Source: Candidatus Brocadiia bacterium (GTDB lineage Bacteria > Planctomycetota > Brocadiia > CAIUPP01). From it: DNA of 64,000 bases. The stretch's first letter is position 1; each line of letters starts with the position of its first letter. The DNA lies in contig JBEKCB010000025.1 in NCBI GenBank assembly GCA_050015075.1, positions 18,820 through 82,819 of the forward strand. The letters run 5' to 3'. Below, piece by piece: positions 29,388 through 39,430 of this stretch. The translations under genes and the position numbers were made by a program. The notes beneath the pieces were generated by a model. The model saw only the letters and a program-made list of their open reading frames with translations, had not been told where the DNA came from and did no database searches.

Positions 29388-30989
29388 ATGTTCAGAAAGA
29401 TCTTAGCGTTCGGTCTCTCTGCGGCGGCAGTCGCGTGTCTGGCGACTCCGGGTTGGAGCCAGGAGAAGCCGGTCGTCATTTACACCAGGGACAACGCCCC
29501 GGCGGCGCCGAAGCTCGATGAGCTGCCGTTGAAAGACAGCCTCTCGCAATACGGCATGACCTGGACGTTCGCCAAGCCGGCGCGGGTCGGGCAATTCGTC
29601 AACGGCGACTTCTACGTCGTCGGCGTCGTGACGATCACCGCGATCGCGCCCCGGCCTCTTTACGGCGCCGAGATCCCCGCGGACCAGCTCGACCCGACCG
29701 ACAAGGAGGTGCGGGAAAAGGACCGCGTCCGCAACGGCTTCATGATCAATCCGCCCGCCGAGGAAAAAGTCGCTTACGACAGCGGCGTCAAGCACTTTTT
29801 CGACCCGGCGCTGGTCCGGAAGCTCCCGGTCTCCATGAAGCCGGGCGATTGCCTCGTCTCGACGATCAGCATGCCGATGGGCCTGGCGCTTCCGGTCTGG
29901 CTGAGGAACGCGACCGAACACCGCGCCGAGTCGGATTACAGCCCCGTCAAAGACGCTGCCGTGCTGACCTGCGTCGCCGAGCCGCAGCCGCTCGACGCGT
30001 TCCGCCCGGCGTTCTGCGACCGCACTCAGAAAATCTACCTGGCCCGCAACCTGAAGCGCGAGCTGCTGCCCGCCCTCGCCGCTCCCGCCGACATGCCCAA
30101 GCCCGAGGAATATGTCCGCTACACGCAGCGGCCGTGGGTCAACACGTGCTACTTCGGCTTCGAGGAACCTAATAACAACATGCCCTCGTACGGCCGCGAG
30201 ATCGGCCGCGTCGTCGGCAATTCGGCGCTGCTCCTGTGCTCGAACCTCACGCCTCAGCAGAAAGAACCGCTCCTCGACAACCTCGTCCAGATCGGGATAG
30301 ACCTCGGCGGCATCATCCGCGGCGGACATTCCGGATGGCCCTGCTGGGGCGGACACGGCACCGGCCGCAAGCTTCCCATCGTCTTTGCCGGATTCCTTCT
30401 CGGCGACGAGGAGCTTGCCCATATCAATAAATCCTTCCCCAAAGCCAGCTTCAGCGAAGACGAACAGACCGCCTACGGCGACTGCTGGACCGGCGCCAAG
30501 GTCGTGTTCACCGGGCACTCCGGCATTGAAGAAGCCACCGGGATCGGCCGCGACTACGTCCGGGAATCCAGAACCTGGGGCCCCTACGAACACACGCAGC
30601 CTTCGACCTGGGGAAGCGGCCAGGTGACCAGCGAAAACTATCGCCGCAGCAGCACCACCCACGGCTGGGTCGCGCAGGCGTTGGCCCTCCGCCTGCTGCA
30701 CGCCGAAAAAGCCTGGGACCACGACGCGTTCTTCGACTACGTTGACCGCTGGATGTACGAGAACGACGACTCGCCGATCAAGGTCCTCAAAGCCGCCGGC
30801 CATGACTACGACCAGGACTGGTCGCGACAAGGCTCATGCTGGGAACAGTTCGTCAACGAAATGTGGGCGCAATACCGCGCCGCTCCCGGCATGCCGCCGA
30901 CCGACGGCTGGAAGCAGCAGCACGACGATAGCTATTACAGGAACGCCATCGCCAAGGAACTCAAAGGCCCTGCGCAGCGCGGCAGATAG
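29388..30989 (+). CDS. Secreted protein of unknown function, paralog 3
   Basis: GGAGGA RBS; signal peptide; collinear with paralogs 1 and 2. Confidence 0.9.
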   Translation: MFRKILAFGLSAAAVACLATPGWSQEKPVVIYTRDNAPAAPKLDELPLKDSLSQYGMTWTFAKPARVGQFVNGDFYVVGVVTITAIAPRPLYGAEIPADQLDPTDKEVREKDRVRNGFMINPPAEEKVAYDSGVKHFFDPALVRKLPVSMKPGDCLVSTISMPMGLALPVWLRNATEHRAESDYSPVKDAAVLTCVAEPQPLDAFRPAFCDRTQKIYLARNLKRELLPALAAPADMPKPEEYVRYTQRPWVNTCYFGFEEPNNNMPSYGREIGRVVGNSALLLCSNLTPQQKEPLLDNLVQIGIDLGGIIRGGHSGWPCWGGHGTGRKLPIVFAGFLLGDEELAHINKSFPKASFSEDEQTAYGDCWTGAKVVFTGHSGIEEATGIGRDYVRESRTWGPYEHTQPSTWGSGQVTSENYRRSSTTHGWVAQALALRLLHAEKAWDHDAFFDYVDRWMYENDDSPIKVLKAAGHDYDQDWSRQGSCWEQFVNEMWAQYRAAPGMPPTDGWKQQHDDSYYRNAIAKELKGPAQRGR

Positions 30990-31147
30990 CTTCTGATGAT
31001 GCGAACGGAGCCATTTGAAAAACTCCAGTCCAATGGGCTATTCTAGGCAGGATGCTCCTGTGGAGCGCTGTTGCCGCTCAATCCCTGCGCCCATCGGCCG
31101 AACATTAATGCAGGGCTGTTGACCGCGCCGGACTGGAGGAAAAGTCG

Positions 31148-32599
31148 TTGCTCTTCACCGAACCTGCATTCCTGTTCTTCTTCCTGCCCATCGTGCTGGC
31201 CATTTATTTCATCCCGATGCGCTGGCACCGCAACGCGGTGCTGCTGCTGTCGAGCCTGCTCTTCTACGCCTGGGGCGAGCCGCGGTTCGTGGTCGTGCTG
31301 TTCGGCTCGTTCATCCTGAATTACTTCATGGGATTGTGGGTCGGCCGGACGCTCGGCACGCCGCGCGCCAAAAAGGTCCTGGCCCTCGCCGTCGCGCTCA
31401 ACCTCCTGATCCTGGCCACGTGGAAATACGCGAACTTCTTCGTGGCCAACCTCGACGCGGCGCTGATCGCCGCCGGCGTCCGCCCGTTCCACCTCGCGCA
31501 CATCACCCTGCCGCTCGGCATTTCGTTCTTCACGTTCCACGCGATGTCCTACGTAATTGACGTCTACCGCCGGAACGCGCCGGCGCAGAAGAACCCGCTG
31601 AACATCGCGATGTATCTCTCGCTCTTCCCGCAGCTCATCGCCGGGCCGATCGTGCGGTACAAGGACATCGCCGGCCAGCTCGACGAAAGGACCGTGACCG
31701 CGGAGCGCTTCGCGTACGGCATCCAGCGCTTTGTGCTGGGGCTGGGCAAGAAGATGCTCATCGCGAATACGGTGGCCGTCGTCGCGGACAAGGTCTTCGC
31801 GCTGCCGACCGGCCAGATGACCGCCGCCCTGGCGTGGCTGGGCGCGGTCTGCTACGCGCTGCAGATCTATTTCGACTTCTCCGGCTATTCCGACATGGCC
31901 GTCGGGCTCGGGCACATGTTCGGGTTCAAGTTCATCGAGAACTTCAACTACCCGTACATCTCGCGCTCGATCACGGAATTCTGGCGGCGGTGGCACATCT
32001 CGCTCTCGACCTGGTTCCGCGATTATCTCTACATACCGCTCGGCGGGAACCGCTGCGCGCCGTGGCGGGTATACTTCAACCTCGTCACCGTCTTCGCGCT
32101 CTGCGGACTGTGGCACGGAGCGAGCTGGACCTTCCTCGTCTGGGGGCTTTTCCACGGCGCGTTCCTGGTGATCGAGCGCGTGGGATTCGGCCGCGTGCTG
32201 GAGAAGCTCTGGTCGCCGTTGAGCCACGTCTACGCCATGCTCGCGGTCCTGGTCGGCTGGGTGCTCTTCCGCTCCGACACGCTCGGTTACGCGTTGAGCT
32301 ATCTTAAAGTCATGGCCGGCCTCGCGCAGCCGTCGCCCGTCCACGACACCGTGGGCATGTATCTCGATCGCGAACTGGCGCAGGCGCTTTGCGCGGGAAT
32401 CCTCTTCAGCACGCCGGTGGTGCCGGCGCTGATCGGATGGTGGCAGCGCACCTCGGAAAAAATCCCTGTGGCCGTCCGGCCGTGGGCTGGAATCGCCGCC
32501 ACGTCCACCGGGATGTTCTGCCTTGGCGCCATTTTCGTGCTGTGCGCGATCCTGACGGCCGCCGGCACGTACAACCCGTTCATCTACTTCAGGTTTTAG
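31148..32599 (+). CDS. MBOAT polysaccharide O-acetyltransferase (AlgI/PatA-like)
   Basis: LPLGISFFTF, FPQLIAGPI, DFSGYSDMA, FWRRWHISLS, GLWHGA, YNPFIYFRF. Confidence 0.92.
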   Translation: MLFTEPAFLFFFLPIVLAIYFIPMRWHRNAVLLLSSLLFYAWGEPRFVVVLFGSFILNYFMGLWVGRTLGTPRAKKVLALAVALNLLILATWKYANFFVANLDAALIAAGVRPFHLAHITLPLGISFFTFHAMSYVIDVYRRNAPAQKNPLNIAMYLSLFPQLIAGPIVRYKDIAGQLDERTVTAERFAYGIQRFVLGLGKKMLIANTVAVVADKVFALPTGQMTAALAWLGAVCYALQIYFDFSGYSDMAVGLGHMFGFKFIENFNYPYISRSITEFWRRWHISLSTWFRDYLYIPLGGNRCAPWRVYFNLVTVFALCGLWHGASWTFLVWGLFHGAFLVIERVGFGRVLEKLWSPLSHVYAMLAVLVGWVLFRSDTLGYALSYLKVMAGLAQPSPVHDTVGMYLDRELAQALCAGILFSTPVVPALIGWWQRTSEKIPVAVRPWAGIAATSTGMFCLGAIFVLCAILTAAGTYNPFIYFRF

Positions 32600-32776
32600 C
32601 ACGGCGGGCCGGAAAAAAGATGCGTAATCTCTGGTCATTCCGAGCGGAGCGAGGAATCTCATGCGCTGCTTGTAATGGCGCCGTCAGGCGCTACTTCGTA
32701 TGCCCTGACGGGCACACTACGAGCAGCATGACGCAGGTTGAACTTACGTGAGTAATTTGCAGGACGCGATACCAGC

Positions 32777-33946
32777 ATGGGCGAGAGACAGAACCGAATC
32801 GGCCGCGGCGCGCGGAACTACGTCCTGATCGCCGCATTCGTCGCGGCGACCTGGCTGCCGATGGCCGGCATGCTCTTCCGCCCGACGACGGCGCGCCCGC
32901 TTTCCGAAAACCGGGAGATGGCGCCCCTGCCGAAATTCGGCTGGCGCCCGGCTGCTTTGAAGTTATTCGTGTTCGACCTCAAGCCTTATCTGCGCGACAA
33001 CTTCGGCTTCCGGCCCGAACTGATCCATTGGTACCACCTCCTCAAGGGCCGGCTGCTGGGCGCGTCCTCCTCGCCGCTGGTCCTGTTCGGGAAACAGGGT
33101 TGGCTTTTCTATGCCGGCGAGCACGCCGTGGACGACTACCGGTGCGTGACGCCCTACACAAACGAGGAACTCGACGGCATGCAGCGGCAGTTCGAGCAGG
33201 AACGCGACTGGCTTGCCCAGCGCGGCATCAAGTACCTTCTCGTCTTCGTCCCGAACAACCAGACGCTCTACCCGGAATTCCTTCCGGACGGGTTGACGCG
33301 ACTGCGCCCTGAATCCCGCCTGGACCAGTTTGTCGCTCACATGCGCAAGAACTCCACGGTCGAACTCCTCGACCTGCGGCCGGTTCTGCTGGAAGCCAAG
33401 GAGAAGATGCGCGTCTCCCGCCGCACGGACTCGCACTGGACCGAGTACGGCGCGTTCATCGGCTACCAGGCCATCATGCAGAAACTCTGCGCCTGGTTCC
33501 CGGCGCTGAAACCGCCCCGGATCGAAGACTTCACCATCGTGACCCGAATGCGCCCGGGCGGCGACCTCACGGAAATGATTGACGCCGAAGACGAGCGCCA
33601 GGAGGAAAGCATCGAGTTGATTCCGCTTACGCCGCGGCGAGCCGTCCAGAGCAAAATCCGCGACACGGCGCGGGTGAACGGCAAGCTGGTCCCCGCCATC
33701 AGCGTCGCTGAAGTCCCGCAGCCCGGCTGGCCGAGGGCCGTCATGTTGCACGACTCCAGCGGCGGCATGCGCGGCCTGATGCCGTTCCTTTCCGAGGACT
33801 TCAGCCGCATCGCCTTCGTGGCCACGAGGCGGTTTCAGCGCAAAATCATCGAGGCCGAAAAGCCCGACGTGGTCATCCGCCAATTCACGGAACGGTTTTT
33901 GATGTTGGACCTGGAGAACTTTCTCGACCAGGACGACGCGCCCTGA
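32777..33946 (+). CDS. AlgJ/AlgX-like SGNH O-acetyltransferase
   Basis: SENREMAP, DNFGFR, GKQGWLF, TDSHWT. Confidence 0.85.
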   Translation: MGERQNRIGRGARNYVLIAAFVAATWLPMAGMLFRPTTARPLSENREMAPLPKFGWRPAALKLFVFDLKPYLRDNFGFRPELIHWYHLLKGRLLGASSSPLVLFGKQGWLFYAGEHAVDDYRCVTPYTNEELDGMQRQFEQERDWLAQRGIKYLLVFVPNNQTLYPEFLPDGLTRLRPESRLDQFVAHMRKNSTVELLDLRPVLLEAKEKMRVSRRTDSHWTEYGAFIGYQAIMQKLCAWFPALKPPRIEDFTIVTRMRPGGDLTEMIDAEDERQEESIELIPLTPRRAVQSKIRDTARVNGKLVPAISVAEVPQPGWPRAVMLHDSSGGMRGLMPFLSEDFSRIAFVATRRFQRKIIEAEKPDVVIRQFTERFLMLDLENFLDQDDAP

Positions 33947-34049
33947 GCCTCCCAGGGCCAACGCCTGCCGGCCTTTTTCCCACGCGCTCCGAACTTGTGA
34001 GTTCCGGGGCGAGTTCCAGAACTCCCCGCGGCGTCTGCAGCCGCTCCTG

Positions 34050-35231
34050 TCACGCGAGCGGTATCTCCGTCTCTTTCCCCTTTCGCTCGTCGGAGAGATA
34101 CGCCGCGTAGATCGAGCTGATCGTGTCGCAGGCGAGTCCCAGGTCGGACTGCGGCACGCGCTTCTCCACCACGCACGCCAGGAAATCCTGCATCTCCGCG
34201 ATGTATCCCAGGGTGATATTCTCGTCGGGGCTGATGGCGGTCCAGCCTTCCTTGGTGCTGATCTTCTCGACGGTGTAGATGTCCTTGAACTGCTCCGCCT
34301 TCGGATTGAACGCATCCACCATGTTGATCGGGCTGAGATTGCAGCGCGTCCGGTGGTTGTTGGCGAAAATCTCGACGTAGTTGTGGATGCCGCCCAGGAC
34401 GATCTCGCCGCTGATGACGTCGGCCACGGTTCCATCTTCAAAGGTGATATGCATCCACCCCTGGTCTTCGGTATCGTGGTACTTGGTCCGGATAAATCCT
34501 CGGTCCTGGTAGCCGGGCAGGCGCGTGATCCGCTCGCAGCGCGAAGTCACGCTCTTCGGGCGGATGGGTTTGCCGTTGCGATGGAGGCCCTCCACGCGTT
34601 TCAGGTACAGCGCGGCGGAAAGCGGGTGGCAGATTTTGCCCATGAGCGACCCGCCGCCCTGAAAGCGCCAGATGCCATAGAAGGCGGAGCCGGAGCCGTT
34701 GTGCGATTCCTCGCCCAGGATGCGCAGCACCTGGGCGCCGGTTTTCTCGATGATCTCGCGCTCTTTCTGGATGGCCGGCGCATAGACGAAGTTCTCCGCG
34801 TAGCAGAAGACGACGCCCGACCGGCGGATGGTCTCGGCGAGTCTCGCCAGACTCCGGCCGACCTTCTTCAGCATCGGCCCTTTGGGGTCCCGGTCGCCGC
34901 GATACTCCTGCCCGCAGCCTTTCGGCCCGAAGTAGCCGGTGAGCGGCTTTTCGCAGATGATGTGGACTCCGCGTTCGGCGGCGAGGAGCATCCCTTCCTC
35001 GTGCGCGGCCGGCGGCGAGACGATGTCCAGCACGTCAACGTGCGGCAGCATTGAGGCGACGTCGTCGAAGGCCGGAATGCCGTGCCGTTTGCCGAAGGCC
35101 TTGCGGCTCTCCGGACGCAACGAGGTCACACCCGTCATTTGCACCTGCACACCGTGCACTTGAAGCAGCGATTCCAGATGAAACTTTGCCGCGACCCCAG
35201 CGCCCACGAGGCCCACGCGGATGGTTTCCAC
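34050..35231 (-). CDS. Gfo/Idh/MocA family oxidoreductase
   Basis: VGLVGAG, ICEKP, YAENFVYAP. Confidence 0.9.
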   Translation of the reverse strand: METIRVGLVGAGVAAKFHLESLLQVHGVQVQMTGVTSLRPESRKAFGKRHGIPAFDDVASMLPHVDVLDIVSPPAAHEEGMLLAAERGVHIICEKPLTGYFGPKGCGQEYRGDRDPKGPMLKKVGRSLARLAETIRRSGVVFCYAENFVYAPAIQKEREIIEKTGAQVLRILGEESHNGSGSAFYGIWRFQGGGSLMGKICHPLSAALYLKRVEGLHRNGKPIRPKSVTSRCERITRLPGYQDRGFIRTKYHDTEDQGWMHITFEDGTVADVISGEIVLGGIHNYVEIFANNHRTRCNLSPINMVDAFNPKAEQFKDIYTVEKISTKEGWTAISPDENITLGYIAEMQDFLACVVEKRVPQSDLGLACDTISSIYAAYLSDERKGKETEIPLA

Positions 35232-35382
35232 GGATTTTCCCTTTCATTGCGGAGCATGAAAGGCATTAATGTAATCGCAGAAGGGAGAACCTGTCAAAGG
35301 CCGCGCCGACCCGCAGCCGCGCCTCCATCAGCTTTCGGCCGCGCCGTCCACTTTGCAGAACTTCCGGATCAGGCGCGCGCTC

Positions 35383-35528
35383 CTAGTGCTTCCTTGCGGA
35401 AATAGGCGTCCTATTTCCGCAAGGAAGCATGACGGCAATAAACCGCGTCGTTATACCGAGTTATGAGTTCCGTTGGGCCATGTTTAGTTGCGTAAATTGG
35501 TACGCCAATTTACGCAACTAAACACTAG
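35383..35528. mobile_element. MITE-like element with a perfect 20-bp-arm hairpin at each end
   Basis: Hairpins 35387-35429 and 35481-35524; outer ends CTAGTG...CACTAG; the two hairpins resemble each other. Confidence 0.6.
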
Positions 35529-36880
35529 GGCGGGAAGAGTTCGTTGATCGCCATGAGCGTCTCCGCGACGAGTTGCGCGCCGCCCTCGGGGCCGACGGAG
35601 GAAACCGCAGGAATGACGCTGTATCCGCCTCCCTGCATGGAGCGCGCGGTGGGCAGGTACATGCCGTGCCCGACGAGCTGGATCAGCATCGTCTGCGCGG
35701 CGGGGCTGCGCGCTTTGATCTGCAGGCCGTAGTCGAGGAACAGCTCAAACGGGTTCGTCGCAATCGCCATGTCGCCCAGTCGCAGGATGTGCAGATCCAC
35801 CGGAACGGGCATGAGTTCGCGCGGGTGATCGAAGGCGTCCACCACCGCCTGCTGACGGCTCGGCCACCAGGACTGCGACTCGGCCTTCTTCGCGATCCAC
35901 TCCGCGCGGGTCTTCTCGGCCCAGTCGCGCTCGGCGCGGGTGATCCGGCGCGGGGCCAGGCCCGGCCGCCGCGTGCGGAATGTCAGCGGCCACTCCTTGT
36001 CTTTCTCCGGCCGCGTACAGGCGAGCGCGCGCCCCATCGCGTCGGCCACGCGCTGGGCGATCTCCTGCCGCTCCGTCAGGCCGCGCCGCTGGAGCATCTC
36101 GAGTTCCTGCTCCTGGTAAAGCAGCATGTGCGGCGACTGGTCGCCGGCGGGACTGCACAGGCCGACGACGTGCAGGCGCTCGCCGAAGCGCCGCCGCAGC
36201 TCCAGGCGGACATCGTGCCAGTAGTCGGCGGAGAATTCCTCAAGCTGCTCAGTCACCTGCGAGGAGCACGGGATCGCCAGGACCGCGCCGGCGAGGGTGC
36301 CATCCGGCTCATAGACGAAGAGCATGTCCAGGCTGTGGTCCTCGTAGCCGGCGATGCAGACGAAGTCGTCGCGGTGCGTCCGGCCGTACATCTGCGCGCT
36401 GCCGTCGGCGTAGACCGCCAGGCGATTGTGGCCGACGACGGCATGCCCGAAGGCGCGGGCGAGGAGGCGCGGCTTGCGCGTTTCCCATGCCTCGACGACG
36501 GCCTGCGCGACGCGCTCGGCGATCCAGTCGCGGCATTCCGTCGGCGTCATCACCTCGCCGCCGGGGTGGTCGTAAGAGCCATCCTCGAAGACGAAGGAGG
36601 TGTGCGTGTGGGTGCCGGCCAGGATCACGCGGTCGGCGAGGACCGCCGGCGCGCGCGCGGCCAGCAGGTCGCGCACGGCGCGGAGGAGTCCGTCCGAGGA
36701 AGAGACCAGGTCGCAGGAGACGAGGACGGCGCTTCCGCCGGACTTCGCGTCCTCCAGCGCCAGCGCATTGACCGTGACCGGATCGAGCGCTTTCGTCGCA
36801 ACCCGCCGGTGCATCTGTCCGGCCAGCATCGCCGGCCGGGTCGGCGTCATGTCCCGCGAAGCGAAACCTATGTTCAGCAT
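35525..36880 (-). CDS. Neutral ceramidase N-terminal-like hypothetical hydrolase
   Basis: GFASRDMTP, VSCDL, THTHTS, GDQSP, PFELF, YLPT. Confidence 0.7.
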   Translation of the reverse strand: MLNIGFASRDMTPTRPAMLAGQMHRRVATKALDPVTVNALALEDAKSGGSAVLVSCDLVSSSDGLLRAVRDLLAARAPAVLADRVILAGTHTHTSFVFEDGSYDHPGGEVMTPTECRDWIAERVAQAVVEAWETRKPRLLARAFGHAVVGHNRLAVYADGSAQMYGRTHRDDFVCIAGYEDHSLDMLFVYEPDGTLAGAVLAIPCSSQVTEQLEEFSADYWHDVRLELRRRFGERLHVVGLCSPAGDQSPHMLLYQEQELEMLQRRGLTERQEIAQRVADAMGRALACTRPEKDKEWPLTFRTRRPGLAPRRITRAERDWAEKTRAEWIAKKAESQSWWPSRQQAVVDAFDHPRELMPVPVDLHILRLGDMAIATNPFELFLDYGLQIKARSPAAQTMLIQLVGHGMYLPTARSMQGGGYSVIPAVSSVGPEGGAQLVAETLMAINELFPP

Positions 36881-37243
36881 GAACCTTATCCCCAATCCAC
36901 AATTTTCCACGCGCCTGGCGGTTCACGCCCACCGTGAACCTGCTGGCTGGTATCATCCGGAATTTGCCAGAGCGTCGCCTTCCACGCGACAGCCAGGCAT
37001 CCCAGCCGTATTTTGACAACCAGGGTCACCGCAATCAAGCAAGTCTTCTGCGGAGTCCGGCAGGACTTCCGGAGTTCGGCCGGAGTTCGAGTTCCGGTTT
37101 GCTGCGGACCGGTCCGCTTCTCCCCAGTCCTGGAACCCTGTACAAGACCTGTAGCCCGCCGAAAATTTCCCTGACATACGGGTGGACTCGGTCCACGGGC
37201 TTAAGAGGGACAAGCCCGTTTCCACGCGAGAGGTGCAGTAAAC

Positions 37244-37417
37244 TGTTGAGTATCCTGAACACGGCGAATATCGTCCTGAGGAGATTTCTCAACACAGGAT
37301 CCCCACTTTGGCGAAACAGATTGGGCATTCTTCTGGTCGTAAGATACGAGAAGTAATGCGATTAGGCCTGAATGTGGAGATTCTGAAACTGGGTGTATAG
37401 GCGGCACGGCGATTGCT
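37244..37417 (+). promoter_or_regulatory. sigma54-type promoter with enhancer-like site
   Basis: CGGCACGGCGATTGCT at 37402-37417; TGTTGAG-N7-AACAC at 37244-37262, the same motif as at 11698-11716. Confidence 0.65.
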
Positions 37418-37473
37418 GTGCTTCACGCGCATATTACAAGATCGTTTATGCTATTCTTTTTGGAGGGATGCGT

Positions 37474-38157
37474 ATGCCTAGTCTGCGCCGAGGTGTTCTG
37501 GCTGTCGCGTTCGTGGCGGCGCTTCTCGGCCTCTTGGCGAGCAACGCCGTTGCCGTTGTCATCGCGGACCAGCCGTGGGATGGGACGTCGCAGGCTGTCG
37601 TCGCACAAGTTTTTCCCGACAACCCAACCTTTTCAACGTACCAGTTCGACAATTTCGCGACCGGCGTTCCGTACGACATAACAACCCTGACGATCTACGG
37701 CGATGAGCTGGGCGACCCTACGGGCAACGTGGCCGTGACCGGGGAAATCTGGACGAACCTTCCGGACAAGGGCGGCACGCTCGTGATGAGCGGCACCGGA
37801 ACCGAGGATGCGAGCCATAATCTCGACATCAGCTTCGCCGACCAACTCCTTGGCCCGGGCAGCTACTTCGTCACCGCCTACGTGACCCGACCCATCTCGA
37901 GCGGACAGTGGTTCTGGTATCAGACAACTCCGGTTAATGCTCCGGAGGAATACTTCTATAACCCCGGCGGCGGGTTTGGCGCGGGTACCAGTTCGATTCC
38001 GGCTTCTGAATTCTTTGGTGGATCGCCGGCCGATATGGCCTTTACCCTCGACGGCGACACCGCCGGCGCGTTCGTCCCCGAGCCGGCGACGATGACGTTG
38101 CTCGGCCTCGGCCTGACAGGACTCGTCGCAAAAGTCGCAAGGCGGAGGAATCGGTAG
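37474..38157 (+). CDS. PEP-CTERM protein
   Basis: Signal peptide; VPEPATMTLLGLGLTGLVAKVARRRNR. Confidence 0.9.
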   Translation: MPSLRRGVLAVAFVAALLGLLASNAVAVVIADQPWDGTSQAVVAQVFPDNPTFSTYQFDNFATGVPYDITTLTIYGDELGDPTGNVAVTGEIWTNLPDKGGTLVMSGTGTEDASHNLDISFADQLLGPGSYFVTAYVTRPISSGQWFWYQTTPVNAPEEYFYNPGGGFGAGTSSIPASEFFGGSPADMAFTLDGDTAGAFVPEPATMTLLGLGLTGLVAKVARRRNR

Positions 38158-38195
38158 TCCGGCGATCCGTGCAGTCTTCTCGCCGCTCTGTTTCT

Positions 38196-38231
38196 AAAGA
38201 AGCGCTCCTTTCGGGGAGCGCTTCTTTTTTT
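38196..38231 (+). terminator. Rho-independent terminator
   Basis: AAAGAAGCGCTCC-TTTCGG-GGAGCGCTTCTTTTTTT. Confidence 0.85.
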
Positions 38232-38471
38232 GGCGCGCGCCGGCGCATCGTTTTCCAGAACACCGAGAACGCAGTTGACTGCCGGCACTTTAAGCGTAGA
38301 ATCTCACTTTCGAATGCGGACTGTCCTCCGGCGGACGGGCAAGGCAAACCCCGGCTGATGTCCGACCGTTCGGGCAGTGCGGCGATATGGAAAACTCCGG
38401 GTAAAATCATGGCAACTCCCGGTGGCGGTTGTCGCCGCGGAATCTTGAGGAGAAGCGCAATAAAGGCGATA

Positions 38472-39350
38472 GTGCCCGTCAAATCGGCTTGTGCGGTCCT
38501 GGCGATGGTGTGGATGTGCTCCGCCGCAGCCCCGGCCGCCGACACGGCGCCGGCGGTCGGCGCACAACCTGCCGTCACCCCGCAGCCGGAGTTGCGGCCG
38601 GGACGGACCTTCGCCATCCAGTTCCCCGAACTGCCGCCGACCTTTGAGGAACTGGTGGATGCCAAGGGCATCCAGCCGCAGATGACGGTCTTTCTGCCCA
38701 GGAACTACGACCCCGCCCGCAAGCACCCGCTGCTGATTTTCCTCAACGGCGGCGCCGGCGGGCGCGGGGGTAATCCCGGTGTAGCCCGCGGGCTGACCGG
38801 GGAGATGGACTTCATCTGTTTGAGCCTGCCGCTGTTCCATAAGCTCGCCCCGGGTTCCGCCGGCTACGATTTCCTCATTCGCGATACCGACGGCAAGTAC
38901 ATGTGGCCGCTCCACAAGCGGATGCTGGCGGAACTGGAACGGATCGTGCCCAACATTGATCCGGGCCGCCGGATCATCGGCGGCTTCTCCAACGGCGCCC
39001 ACGCTACGCAGGCGATGATCGAGCAATCGGACGGCGAGGCGGCCCGCATGTTCTCGGCATTTCTTTTCGTCAACGGCGGCGGGCGGATGGGGCGGTATGA
39101 CCTGATCAAGAACAAGCCGCTGCTGATTGCCTATGGCGGCGCCGCCCTCCGCCCGCAGCGGCTGGCGGAGATCGTCGCAGCGGCCCAGGCCGGCGGCGTG
39201 GAGCTGACCACGTACGAGATGAAGGATATCGGCCACGCCTTTCCCGAGTCGGAGTACCCGGCCGTGCGCAAGTGGCTCTTCGGGCCGGCGATCGGCCTGC
39301 CGACGCCGGCGACTTCTTCCCGGCCGCCGCCAGGGCCGGCCGGTCCGTAG
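38472..39350 (+). CDS. Secreted alpha/beta hydrolase (esterase-like)
   Basis: GGFSNGA nucleophile elbow; GHAF; start codon uncertain. Confidence 0.75.
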   Translation: MPVKSACAVLAMVWMCSAAAPAADTAPAVGAQPAVTPQPELRPGRTFAIQFPELPPTFEELVDAKGIQPQMTVFLPRNYDPARKHPLLIFLNGGAGGRGGNPGVARGLTGEMDFICLSLPLFHKLAPGSAGYDFLIRDTDGKYMWPLHKRMLAELERIVPNIDPGRRIIGGFSNGAHATQAMIEQSDGEAARMFSAFLFVNGGGRMGRYDLIKNKPLLIAYGGAALRPQRLAEIVAAAQAGGVELTTYEMKDIGHAFPESEYPAVRKWLFGPAIGLPTPATSSRPPPGPAGP

Positions 39351-39430
39351 GGCGACGGCGCGGGGCCGCGGCTTCTGCGCGCCGGCGACGGAGACAATCC
39401 GGTCTCAGAATTCCCCGGGATGGATTTTCC

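Noticed and set aside
36930-37400. ORFs or a structured RNA in the long intergenic region
   Set aside because: No recognisable motifs or riboswitch signature; better explained as the regulatory region of the PEP-CTERM gene.
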